From the NCBI GenBank assembly GCA_013265495.1, contig MU058650.1, positions 1,271,290-1,335,289 of the forward strand: a stretch of 64,000 bases of DNA, written 5' to 3'. A model generated the notes under the pieces. It worked only from the letters and a program-made list of their open reading frames with translations. It searched no databases and had not been told where the DNA came from. The position numbers and the translations under genes were made by a program. Positions 1 to 12,300 of the stretch are shown in pieces. Every line of letters begins with the position of its first letter. The stretch's first letter is position 1. This DNA comes from Vicugna vicugna (taxonomy: Eukaryota).

Positions 1-201
1 GCTTTTCCATTTGCATGGAATATCCTTTTCCATCCTTTCACTCTCAATCTATATGTGTCCTTCTCCCTAAAGTGGGTCTCTTGTATGCAGCATATTGAAG
101 GTTCTTGCTTTATTATCCAGTCTGCCACTCTGTCTTTTGACTGGAGCATTTAGTCCATTAACATTTACAGTAATTAATGATAGATGTGTGTTTATTGCCA
201 T
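1..201 (-). pseudogene. L1 ORF2 N-terminus, frameshifted
   Basis: NVNGLNAPVKR, then a shift of about 2 nt near 131 is needed to continue VADWIIKQEPSICCIQETHF. Confidence 0.8.
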
Positions 202-585
202 TTTGAACTTAACCTTTGCAGTTGAATTGGTATATCCTCTTTGTTCCTTTCTTCTTCCTTTTGCGGTTTGGTAATTTTCCTTTGTATTATCATGGATTTT
301 ATTTAATTTTGTGACTCCCTTGTAAATTTTTGACTTGTGGTTACCCTTTTTTGTAAATCTGTTAACCCATTACTATAACTGTTTTTATTAAACTGATAGT
401 AACATGATCTCAAACCCATCCTACTGTTAAAAAAAATTTAAAAAAGAAAGAAAAAAAATATTCTGCATTTCCCTGCCTCCCTCTCCCACTCTCCGATTTG
501 TCTGTTTTCTTTATTTGTAATTCATGAGTTACCACCTTTCCAGTTGTGAGTTTCTCATTTCTGTAGCATCCTGCTGCTTTTCTAT

Positions 586-1341
586 TTAGAATAGCCCTTT
601 CAATATTTCTTTTAGCGTGGGTTTAGTGTTGCTAANNNNNNNNNNNNNNNNNNNNNNNNNNNNNNNNNNNNNNNNNNNNNNNNNNNNNNNNNNNNNNNNN
701 NNNNNNNNNNNNNNNNNNNNNNNNNNNNNNNNNNNNNNNNNNNNNNNNNNNNNNNNNNNNNNNNNNNNNNNNNNNNNNNNNNNNNNNNNNNNNNNNNNNN
801 NNNNNNNNNNNNNNNNNNNNNNNNNNNNNNNNNNNNNNNNNNNNNNNNNNNNNNNNNNNNNNNNNNNNNNNNNNNNNNNNNNNNNCCCCTTTGATCCTTC
901 TTCCCCTTCTGGGACCCCTATTATGCAAAGATTGGGATGCTTTATATTATCCCATAGGTCCCTTATGCTATTTTCATCATTTTTTATTTGCTTATCTTGG
1001 AGTTCTTCTGAATGGGCGCTTTCTATTGCCCTGTCTTCTAGATCACTAATTCGTTCCTCTGCGTTATCTAGTCGGCTTTGCACAGGTATTAGATCATTCC
1101 TCATTTCTTTCAATGAGTTTACCCATTCTACTTGGCTCTTCTTTATAGCTTCAATTTCATTTTTGACATATTTTATATCTCTAAACACTATCTCTTTTAA
1201 TTCCTTCAGCAATTTGATCACTCCTTTTTTGAAATCTTGATCTAGTAGGCTATCAATGTCTATTTCATTGATCTTTCTTTCAGGGGATTCCTCTTGTTCT
1301 TTTAATTGGGAAAGGTTTCTCTGCTTCTTCATCTTGCTCAT
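586..1341 (-). CDS. L1 ORF1p (interrupted by assembly gap)
   Basis: Coiled-coil ...SRLDNAEERISDLEDR..., then LWDNIKHPNLCIIGVPEGEE and C-terminal TKPTLKEILKGL, all typical of L1 ORF1p. Confidence 0.85.
   Translation of the reverse strand: MSKMKKQRNLSQLKEQEESPERKINEIDIDSLLDQDFKKGVIKLLKELKEIVFRDIKYVKNEIEAIKKSQVEWVNSLKEMRNDLIPVQSRLDNAEERISDLEDRAIESAHSEELQDKQIKNDENSIRDLWDNIKHPNLCIIGVPEGEEGSKGXXXXXXXXXXXXXXXXXXXXXXXXXXXXXXXXXXXXXXXXXXXXXXXXXXXXXXXXXXXXXXXXXXXXXXXXXXXXXXXXXXXXSNTKPTLKEILKGLF
636..885. other. Assembly gap (250 N)
   Basis: Run of N. Confidence 1.
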
Positions 1342-1829
1342 ACCTCTCTGGCACTGCGGTTTATGGAGTATCAGTTGTCTATTTTGGATCTTAAGGATTT
1401 TATCTATCTAATGTCTATTTAGGAATAGAACTTAGAAAAAAAAAGAAAAAAATAAGAGAGAGAGAGAAAGGTTTTTAAAAGAAGGGAGAAAGAGAGTTTG
1501 AAAACAGAGTATAATGAATAATAGAAGAGCGAGTTGAAGCAGAGTATTAATCGGGTTGAGACGTCCTTTTAAAACCTTTAAAAAAAAAGGGGTGGGGAGA
1601 TGAATCGATGTATTTGAAACCTGTGTCTAATCAATAACAGGACATCAAAACCCAAGAGAAATAGAAATGAATTTAGAAGTACAAATTAAGAGAGTAATAG
1701 AAAATAGAACAGGTAAAAACAGATTAAAAAAAAAATGGTTGTCGGTGTTCTCCTGGAGGCTGTGTGCTTTTAATGTGAAGTCTTTCTGTCTTCGTCCTGT
1801 TTTGGAAGCTCAGCTTGTTTTCATAGGCC

Positions 1830-2976
1830 CGCCGTTGGCGCCCTCTTCTGTGCTGCTCCTAGCATCTGTCGGCAAGCCGATCGCGCCTCCTCCTAACACG
1901 GGGTCAGGTGCAGCTCTCCTCTGCTGCGGGCGGGCGGGTCACTGCCCCTCCGGATGCCACAGTCAGATGTTGCAGACTGACCAGGCAGGAGGGCGGGTCG
2001 TGCCCCCTCCCAGCACCTCGGTCAGGGGCTGTGTTCCTGCCCGACCGGCGGGGGTCCGCTCTCCCTCTACCTGCGCCGCCAGTAGCTCCGCTGCTCTGTG
2101 CGGCTGCGCGCTCCGCCCTGGTCGGCGCTCCGCGGGTGGGCTCAGGGAAGACCGAGGGACAGCCTCGTCCCTGCTCCTTGTTTGTCTTTGTGGAGCAAGT
2201 TCTCTGAGGGACCAGGATGGAAGGATCCTACCTGCCCCGGGCTATAGGCCCGTCTCAGTCTGGCCTTTGAGGCTGCTATGCCCTTGGGTGCGGATGCAGG
2301 TTTCGCCCCCCGCCCCCACCTGGGTGCTCAGCGCCGTAGAATACGGCGGCTGTGCCTGAGCCCCGCCTCTCTTCCCCTGAAAAGTTTCCGCGGGTTTTCA
2401 GAGATGGGGGTATGCACCCTTCCCCCGAGAGCACATCAACCTTGCTGCTTTATGGAGGGCCCAGGTTGTTCTGTCCTGTACACCCACAGCCTCGGCGCCC
2501 AGCCCCTTGCAGTCCCCCGGAGCTGCCTCCGTGCAGCCGCCCCCGTCCTCCGCCCGGCTTGTGCAGCCTGGCCCTGCCCGCCGCTGCCGGCCCGCGTCTC
2601 AGGCTGGGTGTCGGGGGGACGCTCTGTGCCCGTTTAACTTAGTTCTGTCAGACAAGGGCTGCTCTGTACAGATCCGAGCCTCGGAGGCTCCCCCTCCGTC
2701 CCGCTGGCCTCTCAGTTGGAGAGGGGAGACCCAGCGAGAGCGCCAGTCCTCCTTTGCCGCTCCCTCCCCGCGGGACCCGTCCCGCGCTGCTTTGCCTTTT
2801 GTTCTTTCTTTTTTCCTTTTCTCCTACCAGATTTTTGGCGTCTTTATCTTTTGAAGAGGGCGATGTTTTGTCGGAGTTCCGCAGGTGCTCTGGTTGGCTG
2901 AGTGGGTCTGTAGGTTGGGTCTTGGTGTATTTGTGGGAGAGGGTGACTTACGAGCGTCCTTCTACTCCGCCATCTT
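1830..2976 (-). promoter_or_regulatory. CpG-island-like L1 internal promoter; YY1 motif at 2967-2976
   Basis: Dense CpG and GC boxes (gggcgg) in an AT-rich background; ccgccatctt at the element 5' end. Confidence 0.75.
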
Positions 2977-3079
2977 CTAATTGTATTTTTCAATTCTGCT
3001 GCATCTTTAATTTTTTTTTTCCAGATTTTTAAATGTTGAGAGATTTTCTGACAGTTTTGATTAGCTAAGCCATATGCAT

Positions 3080-3442
3080 TCCTGGTTCTCTCTGCCTTGT
3101 GTTCCTACCACTACAGAGGCTAGATAATTTAACACTTCTTTGGCCTTCCTTACCACTAAGGTGGCCATGTGACATAATCCTGGCCAGTAGGTCTGTGGCG
3201 GGCTTCTCAGAAAGGTTTTGCTTTCCAGATGAATTGAACTAAGTGACACTCTCCTCCCTTTCCCCTTTGACCAGCCACAGACTAACATGCTAAAATGACA
3301 GAGTGAAGAAAGATCCTGGTGAGTCTCTGAGCAGACCTCAGCCAGTGCCTTTCTCCAGACTTCTTGTTACATAAGAAAAAGAACCTGATTAGGCCATTGT
3401 TGATTGACGCTAATGTTTTCAGCTGAGTGCTTCCTGATACAA
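3080..3442 (+). mobile_element. MLT1-like (ERVL-MaLR) solo LTR, degraded
   Basis: gtggccatgtgacataatcctggcca... and an end at ...ctgataca resemble old MLT1 LTRs. Confidence 0.55.
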
Positions 3443-4649
3443 GGATGTTTTAAAGTATTACAGTATATTTGTATCCAGTTTTTACATTTCTGATTCTTTT
3501 TGTTTTATATTTTGAGATGTATATTTTTTGGTATAAATAAATGGACACATCTTAATAAATAATGCTTTTTATCTTTAAACGATGTTTCCTCTCTTTAGTC
3601 CTTTTAAGTTTAAATTCTTCTTTGGATGATACAAATGTTGCCACCCTGCTTTTTTTTTTAGTTTATACCTGCCTTGTATCTCTTAAGACACACTTTTTTT
3701 TTTTTGGCATTAAAATTTTTTGGTAAAGTATACATTATGTAAAATTTACTGTTTTAGCCACTTTTTAAAGTATATGATTCTGTGGCATTGAATACATTCA
3801 TAATGTTGTGCAAACATTAACACTGTCCATTTTCACAATGACTTTATCATCCCAAGCAGAAGATCTTTACCCACTAAACAATTAACTCCCAGTGCCCCTC
3901 CTGCCAGCAGCTGGGAGCCTTCATTCTACTTTCTGTTCCTATGAATTTGCCTTTTCTCAATACCTCATGTAAGTGGAATCATAATATCTCTCCTTTTGAA
4001 AAGCGTATTTTCTTCTAATGGGATAAATTATTTAGTTCAATTTAATATTATAACTGATATTCTTTTTATTGCTTCTGTAATTTGTCACTCATTAAATACT
4101 ATTGTTTCCTCATTTTGCCTTTTCCTTATTTTTGTTAATCTGAAAGTTCACTTCCATTAGTGGTTACTTTACTGTTTTTCACGCTCAATCAGAAGTGTAT
4201 GGTGTTACTATTAATCAAAAGCAAAATACCTATTTTTTGCACCAAGGTCACACTATTTCTTTTGCTTCCTTACTAACCTAAGGAAGTTGAAACCTTTGGG
4301 ATACTTCTTACCCCTTACTTTGTCGCTGATCCCTTATGTCTGTCCCCTTGAAACCTTTGAAGAGTTTTTACTTCATCATTCTCCTACTTCCCAACTCCTT
4401 GATTTTTGTAATATAGTGAAGTATTTAAAAAGAATTTCCCCTACAGCATGTCCCTTTTAAAATCACTTTGGTTATATATTCCAAGAGAGTGTGTTCCTCT
4501 TCATTCATACTTAATTTCAGATATTTATTGCTCACCCATTACTCCTTCCCTTTTATGTTGAAGTGCCATTTGCTATAACATAAAGTACGTGAACCAGAAC
4601 TACATGCATGTATATGGATAAACACCAGAAACATGTTGAGTGAAAAAAT

Positions 4650-4750
4650 GGAGGCAGTAGGTATAGCTCAGTGGTTAAAGCACATGCTTAGCACACTCAA
4701 GGTCCTAGATTCAATCCCACTACCTACATTTAAATAATTTTTAAAATTAT
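4650..4750 (+). mobile_element. tRNA-derived SINE (Vic-1/camelid type)
   Basis: A box gtatagctcagtgg, B-box-like gattcaatccc, AT-rich tail. Confidence 0.8.
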
Positions 4751-4964
4751 TTATATAATTTCTATAACATTCAGAAACCCTTATAGTATGTTGTAGAACT
4801 TGGGGGAAAAAAAAGACATTCAGGCTTGGTTTCGTCTGAGAAGGGTTGGAAAAGAGTAGGATTAGAGGGAGGAACATAGAGGGTTTTGAGAGTATTGTCA
4901 GAATACATTCCTCAAGTTTGTTATAATGTATTCCTCAAAATGTGTATGAAAATCGACCAGGAGA

Positions 4965-5500
4965 CTTGACAGGGTCTGTTGTGTGGTGGTGAAACGTATT
5001 GTATTTTGAATAAGAAAGAGTACATTGAGGACATTCTTCCCTGATGTAACGGCACATGGGAGCATCTGGACGTTGCGGAAAGGGAGCTGGAGAAGATGTG
5101 TCGATCACAAGTTTGACTCTTTCTTGGGTACCCAGCTCCCCACCTTTCCCTCTTGCCTTATGAGGCTCCTCATGTTTGAGCCCTTCTGACTGTTCCTCAC
5201 AGTGGTTTGAGTCGGCAGGGACTCCTGATTTGGGCATGGGACTTCTCTGATTGGTGATTTTCCCTCCAAAACTCTCCAACAGCTTTACCAAACTTTCTTA
5301 GAACTGCACTGCCATCTTAGGACTGTTGCTACCCGACCTTCTTCCTTCTCTTCCCTACAGGAACCAGACCAGCGTTGTGGGCTTATCTCTTGCCCAGCTT
5401 CCTGTACCTCACTTCCCATTTGCTCTCACAGGCATCACCTTTAGTAAATCTCTTGCATGTCTGATCCCATGTTCTTTTCCAAAGACCTAAAGTAATGCAT
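4965..5500 (+). mobile_element. LTR16-like (ERVL) solo LTR
   Basis: 3' end agtaaatctcttgcatgtctgatcccatg resembles the LTR16 family. Confidence 0.55.
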
Positions 5501-6244
5501 GACTCAGTATGTGAAAGGCGTTTGGCACATAGTAAGCAGTCAGTACATGCTAGTTTGTGTTATAGTAAACCAAGTAAGAGATGGTCATGATTTTGACTGT
5601 TGCTGGTGATGGATGGAAATGTCCAAGTTGGAGAGACATTTAGCTGATGGATACTGTAGGACTATAATTGGATGTAGGGGTTAAAAAAAAAAGTGTTAGT
5701 TTGTTCAGTTTCTTGCTTATCATTTCCCACTTAACACGATGCCACACTGATTTGTTAATAGTTCACTGCAAAAAACACCATAGTGATCTACAATTATTTA
5801 TTCATACTGTGACTTCATAAAATATCCTTCCCCACTTTCTTACACCTTTGCCTGGAAAAATCCTGCTTGTTCTTTGAGAGAAGCTTTGGAATCAGCTCTT
5901 CAAGGGAGTCCTCCCTTTTTAACTCGACCTCTCACTTCTACCCGCACCTTCTCCGTTTGTTCCTAAGCTATCTTGTGTTTATATACTTAGTAATTGTAAA
6001 CATATTGAAATATAATCAATCTATTTTTGTATCAGTTTCTTCTTTTAGACTCTGCATTCCTTTAGCCGTGAGGTAAGATTGCAGAGCTGTTACGGGGTCA
6101 CTTAACCATTTTGTACTTTAGTCAAAGAGCAGTGGGAAACCATTGGAAGATTTTCAGTACAGAAAAATAAGACGTAATTTGGGTTTTATGAAGATCACTT
6201 TGGCTACAGTTGAAAGGGTGGGAGGGGTGCAAGAGTAAGTTAAG

Positions 6245-6475
6245 GGAAATGGTTTAGTGTGGGCTCTGGAGCCTGACTGCCTGGGTTCATCACAGGCTAG
6301 CTATATAATCTTGGGAATGTTACTTAGCCTTTCTTTGCCTCAGTTTCCCCAACTGTAAAATGACGGTAGAAATAGTACTACTTCAGGGTTTCTGTGAAGG
6401 TTTGGCGAGTTAAAACAGTTTAGAATAGTATCTGGCGTGTAGTGTAAGCAGTCAGATGTTACCTATTATGTTGTT
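6245..6475 (+). mobile_element. MIR
   Basis: Core ...gcctcagtttccccaactgtaaaatg. Confidence 0.8.
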
Positions 6476-7293
6476 ATGTAACAAATATTTGTGTGCTTAC
6501 TACATCTTAGGCACTGGGCCAGATACGACTATTAAGCTGAATTTAACAGATGACAAGAGCAAATTCAAATTAATATTCAGGCAGAACTTTGGGTTATAAT
6601 TATGTGCCTAAGAATCTGAATATAAAAAAATCTGACCAGTGTTATGTTACAATTCTAGAGATGTTTTCTAATTTTATTTTTAATTTTTTTTTTATGGTAG
6701 GGGCTCTAGAAAGTACTGAATGAGTCACTGGGGAACATTTTTTGAAAAAAAGAATCCCCAGTATAAGACTATCATTTTGTTATGTTTCCCTGCTCTACAA
6801 TGAAGTAATTAGAAAATGAACTCTGTGACCATGTATTAATATTAAATATATTTCTGTTTATGGTAAATAAAGGAGACACAGTGGTAACTGATGTGTAAAT
6901 GTGATCAATTATATGGAGGAAACTAGGAGTTTTGCTGTAGTGGGATTTAAATTATTCATTTTTTTAAAAAAGAATACACATTGTTTATATATTAAAGGAT
7001 TTTTGCTTGTCTTTGCCCAAGAAGATATTAATAGTAGTTAACTTTGGGAGTCTGATTGGGAGATGTTTCTATAATTAAAAATTTAATCAGTAAGCTGCAA
7101 CAATTTAAGGAAAACAAAGACAAAATAAACAGAAACAAATGTGTGTGAGGCAGCTTACAGAGAACGCTGGGCTTGTACGTGTGGACGCCAGCACTCTCAT
7201 CCTGGCCTCACGTGGCCCGTGGGAGCTCGGTGTGAGTTTTGCCTTTGTCCTTGTTCCAGTGTTGATGTTTGCTCACCTGCTTTGTTTTCACAG

Positions 7294-7393
7294 GGATGTA
7301 CACGCAGTCTGTCTCTGGGATGATAAAGGCCCAGCAAAAATTCATCAGGCTTTAAAAGAAGATATTCTTGAGTTTATTAAGCAAGCACAGGCA
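7294..7393 (+). CDS. CUL5: CUL5 exon 3 (100 nt)
   Basis: ttttcacag|G GAT GTA ... CAG GCA|gtaagt; DVHAVCLWDDKGPAKIHQALKEDILEFIKQAQA. Confidence 0.97.
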
Positions 7394-9009
7394 GTAAGTG
7401 TTGCATCTGTACATTGTTTGTTTTTAAGACTTTGCTCAGAGAATATATTTTCTGATTTTAAACGTAGGACTTCCTGAAGTAATTTTAAAATACCGCATTG
7501 ACTTTTGATACACTTGCTAAATAGATTCTTTAATGAGATGATTGTTATTTGTTTTCCCTCTCCTCAGTGACATTTCTTTCAAAAGAATATATTATTATCC
7601 TCAATTAAAAGATGCTATAAAGAATTCCGGTTTTTGTACATTCTTTAGAAATCCCCACCACCGTTAGTTTTGGCCACATTTCAGTCCACGTAAATCTGTT
7701 TTTTCCTCACAGTTAATACCTCTTCTCAAGCTGACAGTCATTTTCTTTAATTCCAGCTGCTTCTCCAACTGTAATCCTTCACCTGTCCCTTGCATTGCTG
7801 CTACTGAGCTGAAATTCAGCACTCTTTGAGTTGATGATATGTATACACATTTAATATTGAAATGAAGACAAAGCTCATTTAGGCATTAGGTCAATTATGC
7901 AAGAGCTAGTTTTGTTTTATCTTTGTTAAAACCTTTGTCTTTTAGGAAAAATTAATGCAGAGGTAAAGTATTGTTTCAAATCAACTGTGACACCACTGAT
8001 GTATCCTTTACCACCTAAGGACATGAGATTACTTTCTTTTCTATAAAACGAAGTTTGAAAACTGGAGAGCTAGAATTGTACAACACTAATGTTCTAATGT
8101 TCTAACACTAAAAGTCTGTTAGAAATCTTATCAAATATTAAAGTGTTAGCAGTTGGATATTAAAAATGAATTTTTTCTATATATGACTTAATTGAATATA
8201 TGATTGGTATATATTTAATTCTGCTAGTAGTCACTACCATGATGAAATAAGAATGATATCATGTTGTATATTATGAAATGAAATATTTTACTGATCACAC
8301 CATTAATTCTGCCATCTTGATCAATGATATTTTTAAAAATTAGAGTTTTATAGGACTATCTTTCAATGAAGATAATTATTGTCAGGTTTGCTTAGAAAAA
8401 TTAATGTTTCACTATCGCAATTTAATCAAAATGTATTTTTCTAGAACTGATTTAGGAAAACAGTTTCTGCTTGCATTGGAAAGCATATCAGCTTATCCAT
8501 TCATGATTTCTGGTGAAGATAAATTATGTTATTTCAAACTGATAGAGCATTACCGTTCAATTTCTGGAAATGGGCTCATAAAGAATCATCTTAGATATTG
8601 TTAACAGATATTTAGAAATATACTTCACACTAGAAAACAGAATGTCTTAAGGGTTTCATTGTACCACAGTCCAGGGGGAGGTTTGGAATGTAGACCTCAG
8701 CAAGAACTTGAGGATGGGATTTAGTGCCACTAAGTTAGAGCAGTTAGATTGCAGAACTGGCAGTGCCAGACGTGAGTGTGTAACTTAAAACATTTAAAAA
8801 CTGTTGAGAAAATCAAGCTTTGTGAATTATTTTACTAGTCAGTTATTAAACTAATTGAAATTACCTTGTTAGGAAGGACCACATCTCCTAAAGAGGGCAG
8901 GCAGTATGCATTAAAATGTTTATTACAGCATTATATAAAATGACAAAAAAGGAAAGTATAAGTAAATGTGTAATGTTTAGAAAGTTATTAATACTGATGT
9001 TTTCTTTCC

Positions 9010-9370
9010 TTTTTAAGGTTAACATAACTTTATTTGCACGTAGTTCTGTGGCTTAGCAGTTTGGGCTAGACTCACTGATTTCATCTGAACTTATTAACGT
9101 GGCAGTAAGGTGGTGGCTGTGCAGGGACGGAATGGTCTACGAGAGCTTTTTTTCATGTTCCTCATGTTTGGTGCTGGCTTGCTTCTGGGGTTTTTCCCCC
9201 TCACGTGGTTTCTCATGCTCAAGGAAGCCAGGCTTTGAGGTGGTAGTGGGATCTTGCAGACCTCTTCAGGTCTTGGCTCAGAAGTCTCACATGTCTCATC
9301 TGCTGCATTCTGTTGGTCAGAGGTAGTCAGAGGACCAGCCTTAAGTCCAGCAGTGGAAAAATAGATTAGG
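9010..9370 (-). mobile_element. MLT1-like LTR fragment
   Basis: ttctgtggcttagcagtttgggctag ... tgctgcattctgttggtcaga. Confidence 0.55.
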
Positions 9371-9384
9371 TTAAAAAAAAAGAT

Positions 9385-12300
9385 GTAATTTGCATACCAG
9401 AAAATTTACCTTTTAAAAAGTGTGTTTTAGTATATTCACAAAATTGTACAATCATCACCCACTAATTCTAGAACATTTTCATAGCCCAAATAGAAACTCT
9501 GTACCTATTTAGTAGTTACCTCCCAATGACCACCCCTCCTCCCCACTCCTTCCCACCTTAGCAAACACTTACCTGCTTTCTGTCCATCTGGATTTGTTTA
9601 TTCTATATTTTTCCTATAAATGGAATCATACAATATATGGCCTTTTATGACTGGCTTCTTTCACTTGTCATAATGTTTCCAAGGTTCATTTATGTTGTAG
9701 CATTTAGCAGTAGTTCATTCCTTTTTTATGGCTGAATAATATTCCATCGTATGGATATGCTGTATTTTGTTAACGAATTTGTCATTGATGGACATTGGGT
9801 TGTTACTACTTTCTGTTTATTTTGAATAATGCTACTATGAACATTTGTGAACAACTTTTGTTTTGGGTATAATTGACACCTAACAGTATACTAGTTTCAG
9901 GTGTACAACATAATGATTCGATATTTGTATATATTGCAAAATGATCACCACCATAAGTCTAGTTCACATTTGTTACCATATGAGAACTTTTAAGATTTAC
10001 TTTCTCAGAAGCTTTCAAATATGTACTACAGTATTATTAACTGCAGTCACTATGCTATACATTACATCCCTGTGACTAATTTATTTTTATAAACTTGGAG
10101 TTTGTACCTTTTGACCCATCTCACCCAGTTTGCCCTGCTCCTCCCCAGTCTCCTGCCTGGCAACCACTAATCTATTCTCAGTACCTATGAGCTTGGGGTT
10201 GTTTTTTTTTTTGTTTTGGGGTTTTTGTTTTTGTTTTGTTTTTTGCTTTGTTTTTGATTCTGCATATAAGTGAAATCATAAGATACTTGTCTTTGTCTGA
10301 CTTACTTCACTAAACATAATGCTCTCGCAATCCATCCATGGTGTCACAAATGGCAAGATTTTATTCTCTTTTATGGCTGAATGATATTCTGTTGTGTCTG
10401 TGTACCACATTTTCTTTATCAGTTCATCCATTGATGGACATTAGGTTGTTTCCATGTCTTGGCTGTTGTAGATAATGCTGAAGTGCATATGGGGGCACAT
10501 ATATCTTTTTGAATTAGTGTTGTTTGTTTTGGATAGATACCCAGAAGTGGAATTGCTGGAAAATATGGTAGTTCTATTTTTATTTTTTTTGAGAAATCCC
10601 CATGCTGTTTTCCATAGTGGCTGCACCAGTTTACATCCTACCAACAGTGCCCAAGGGTTTCCTCTTCTCAGCATCCTCATCAATACTCGTTATTTATTGT
10701 CTTTTTGATAATAAGCCATTTTAACAGGGGTGAGGTGATATATTCTTGTGGTTTTGAGTGCTCTGTCATAAACGAATTGGCCAGATATGTGTGGGTTTAT
10801 TTCTGGACTTTGTATTTTGTTCCATTTATCAATATTCTGTTTCTGTGCCAGTACCATACTGTTTTGATTACTAGGTTTGTAATATAGTTTGTAATCAGGG
10901 AGCTTGATGCATCCAGCTTTGTTCTTAGTTCTCAAGACTGCTTTGGCTATTCGGGGTCTTTTGTGGTTCCACACAAATTTTAGGATTCTTGGTTCCATTT
11001 CTGTGGAAAATGTTAACTGAAATTTTGATAGAGGTTGTACTGAATCCATCCTACTTTGGGTAGTATGGACCTTTTAACAATATTAATTCTTCCAATCTAT
11101 GAGCATGAATATCTTTTCACTTATTTGTGTCTCGCTCAGTTTCTTGCATCATTGTTTCAGTGTAGGTCTTTCACCTCCTTAGTTAAATTTATTCTTAGGT
11201 ATTTTATTCTTTTTGATGCAATTTTAAACAGGGCTTTTTCCCCTAATTTCTCTTTTTGATAGTTTGTTATTAGAATGTAGAAACTGAACAGATTTTTGTA
11301 TAATGATTTTCTATCCTGCAACTTTACTTAATTTATTATTTTTTGGTGGCGTCTTTTGTGTTTTCTATATGTAATATTATATCATCTGCAAATAGTGATG
11401 GTTTTGTTTTTCCTTTCCAATTTGGGTGTCTTTTGTTTCTTTTTCCTGCCTAATTGCTCTGGACAAGACTTCTGGTATTGTGTTGAATAGGAGTTGTGAG
11501 AGTAGGCATCCTTGTCTTGTTCTTGATCTTTAGAAGAAAAACTTCCAGCTTTCACCACTGAATATGATGTTAGTTGTGGGCGTGTCATATATGACCTTGG
11601 CTATGTTGAGGTACATTCCCCCTGTATTCACTTTGTTCAGACTTTTTATCATAAATGGATGTTGTGTTTTGTCAAATGCTTTTTCTGCATCTATTGAGAT
11701 GATCATATAATTTTCATTCATTTTGTTACTGTGATGTATCACATTGATTAATTTGTGAATGTTGACCCATCCTTGCATCCCTGAAGTAAATCCCACTTGA
11801 TCATGGTGTAACGATCCTTTAATGTGCTGTAGAATTTGGCTTGTAGAATTTTGTTCAGGATTTTTGCAGCTACATTCATCAGAGATACTGGCTTGTGATT
11901 TTCTTTTCTTGTGGCGTCTTTGTCTGATTTTGGTATCAGGGTAATGCTAGCCATATAAGATGAGTTTGGAAGTGTTCCCTCCTCTTCTGTTTTTTTGGAG
12001 GAGTTTGAGAAGGATTGGTATTCTTCTTTAAATGTTTGTAAAACTCACCAGTGAAGCCATCTGATCCTGGACTTGCATTTTTGGGGGGAATTTTTTTGTT
12101 ACAAATTCAGTCTCGATAACTTACCAGTAATTGGTCTGTTCAAATTTTCTTTTTCTTCGCTGTTCAGCCCTGGTAGATTGTATGTTTCTAGGAGTTTATC
12201 CATTTCTTATGTGTTGTCAAATTTGTTGGTGTTTAATTGTTTGCAGTAGTCTCTTAATGATCCTTTTGTGTATCTGTGGTATCAGTTGTAATGTCTCTTC

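Larger units (their letters stand above)
1..2978 (-). mobile_element. Young LINE-1, 5' portion (5'UTR, ORF1, spacer, start of ORF2), antisense to CUL5; continues beyond window start
   Basis: ORF1p-like translation at 1341..586. ORF2 ATG at 201 (MAINTHLSLITVNVNGLNAP, APE endonuclease start). CpG-rich 5'UTR ending at a YY1-type AAGATGGCGG motif. Confidence 0.95.

Noticed and set aside
617..1240. 207-aa + strand ORF and 632-928 minus ORF
   Set aside because: Artefacts of the N gap and the antisense of L1 ORF1.
1667..2359. 230-aa + strand ORF (and overlapping ORFs to 3032) antisense to the L1 5'UTR, as an ORF0-like gene
   Set aside because: GC-rich sequence lacks stops in several frames at once. 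The translation is low-information and resembles no known protein.
8001..8009. U12-type donor motif GTATCCTTT (similar at 25092, 44278, 48371)
   Set aside because: None lies at an exon boundary. All CUL5 introns here have ordinary GT-AG U2-like sites.
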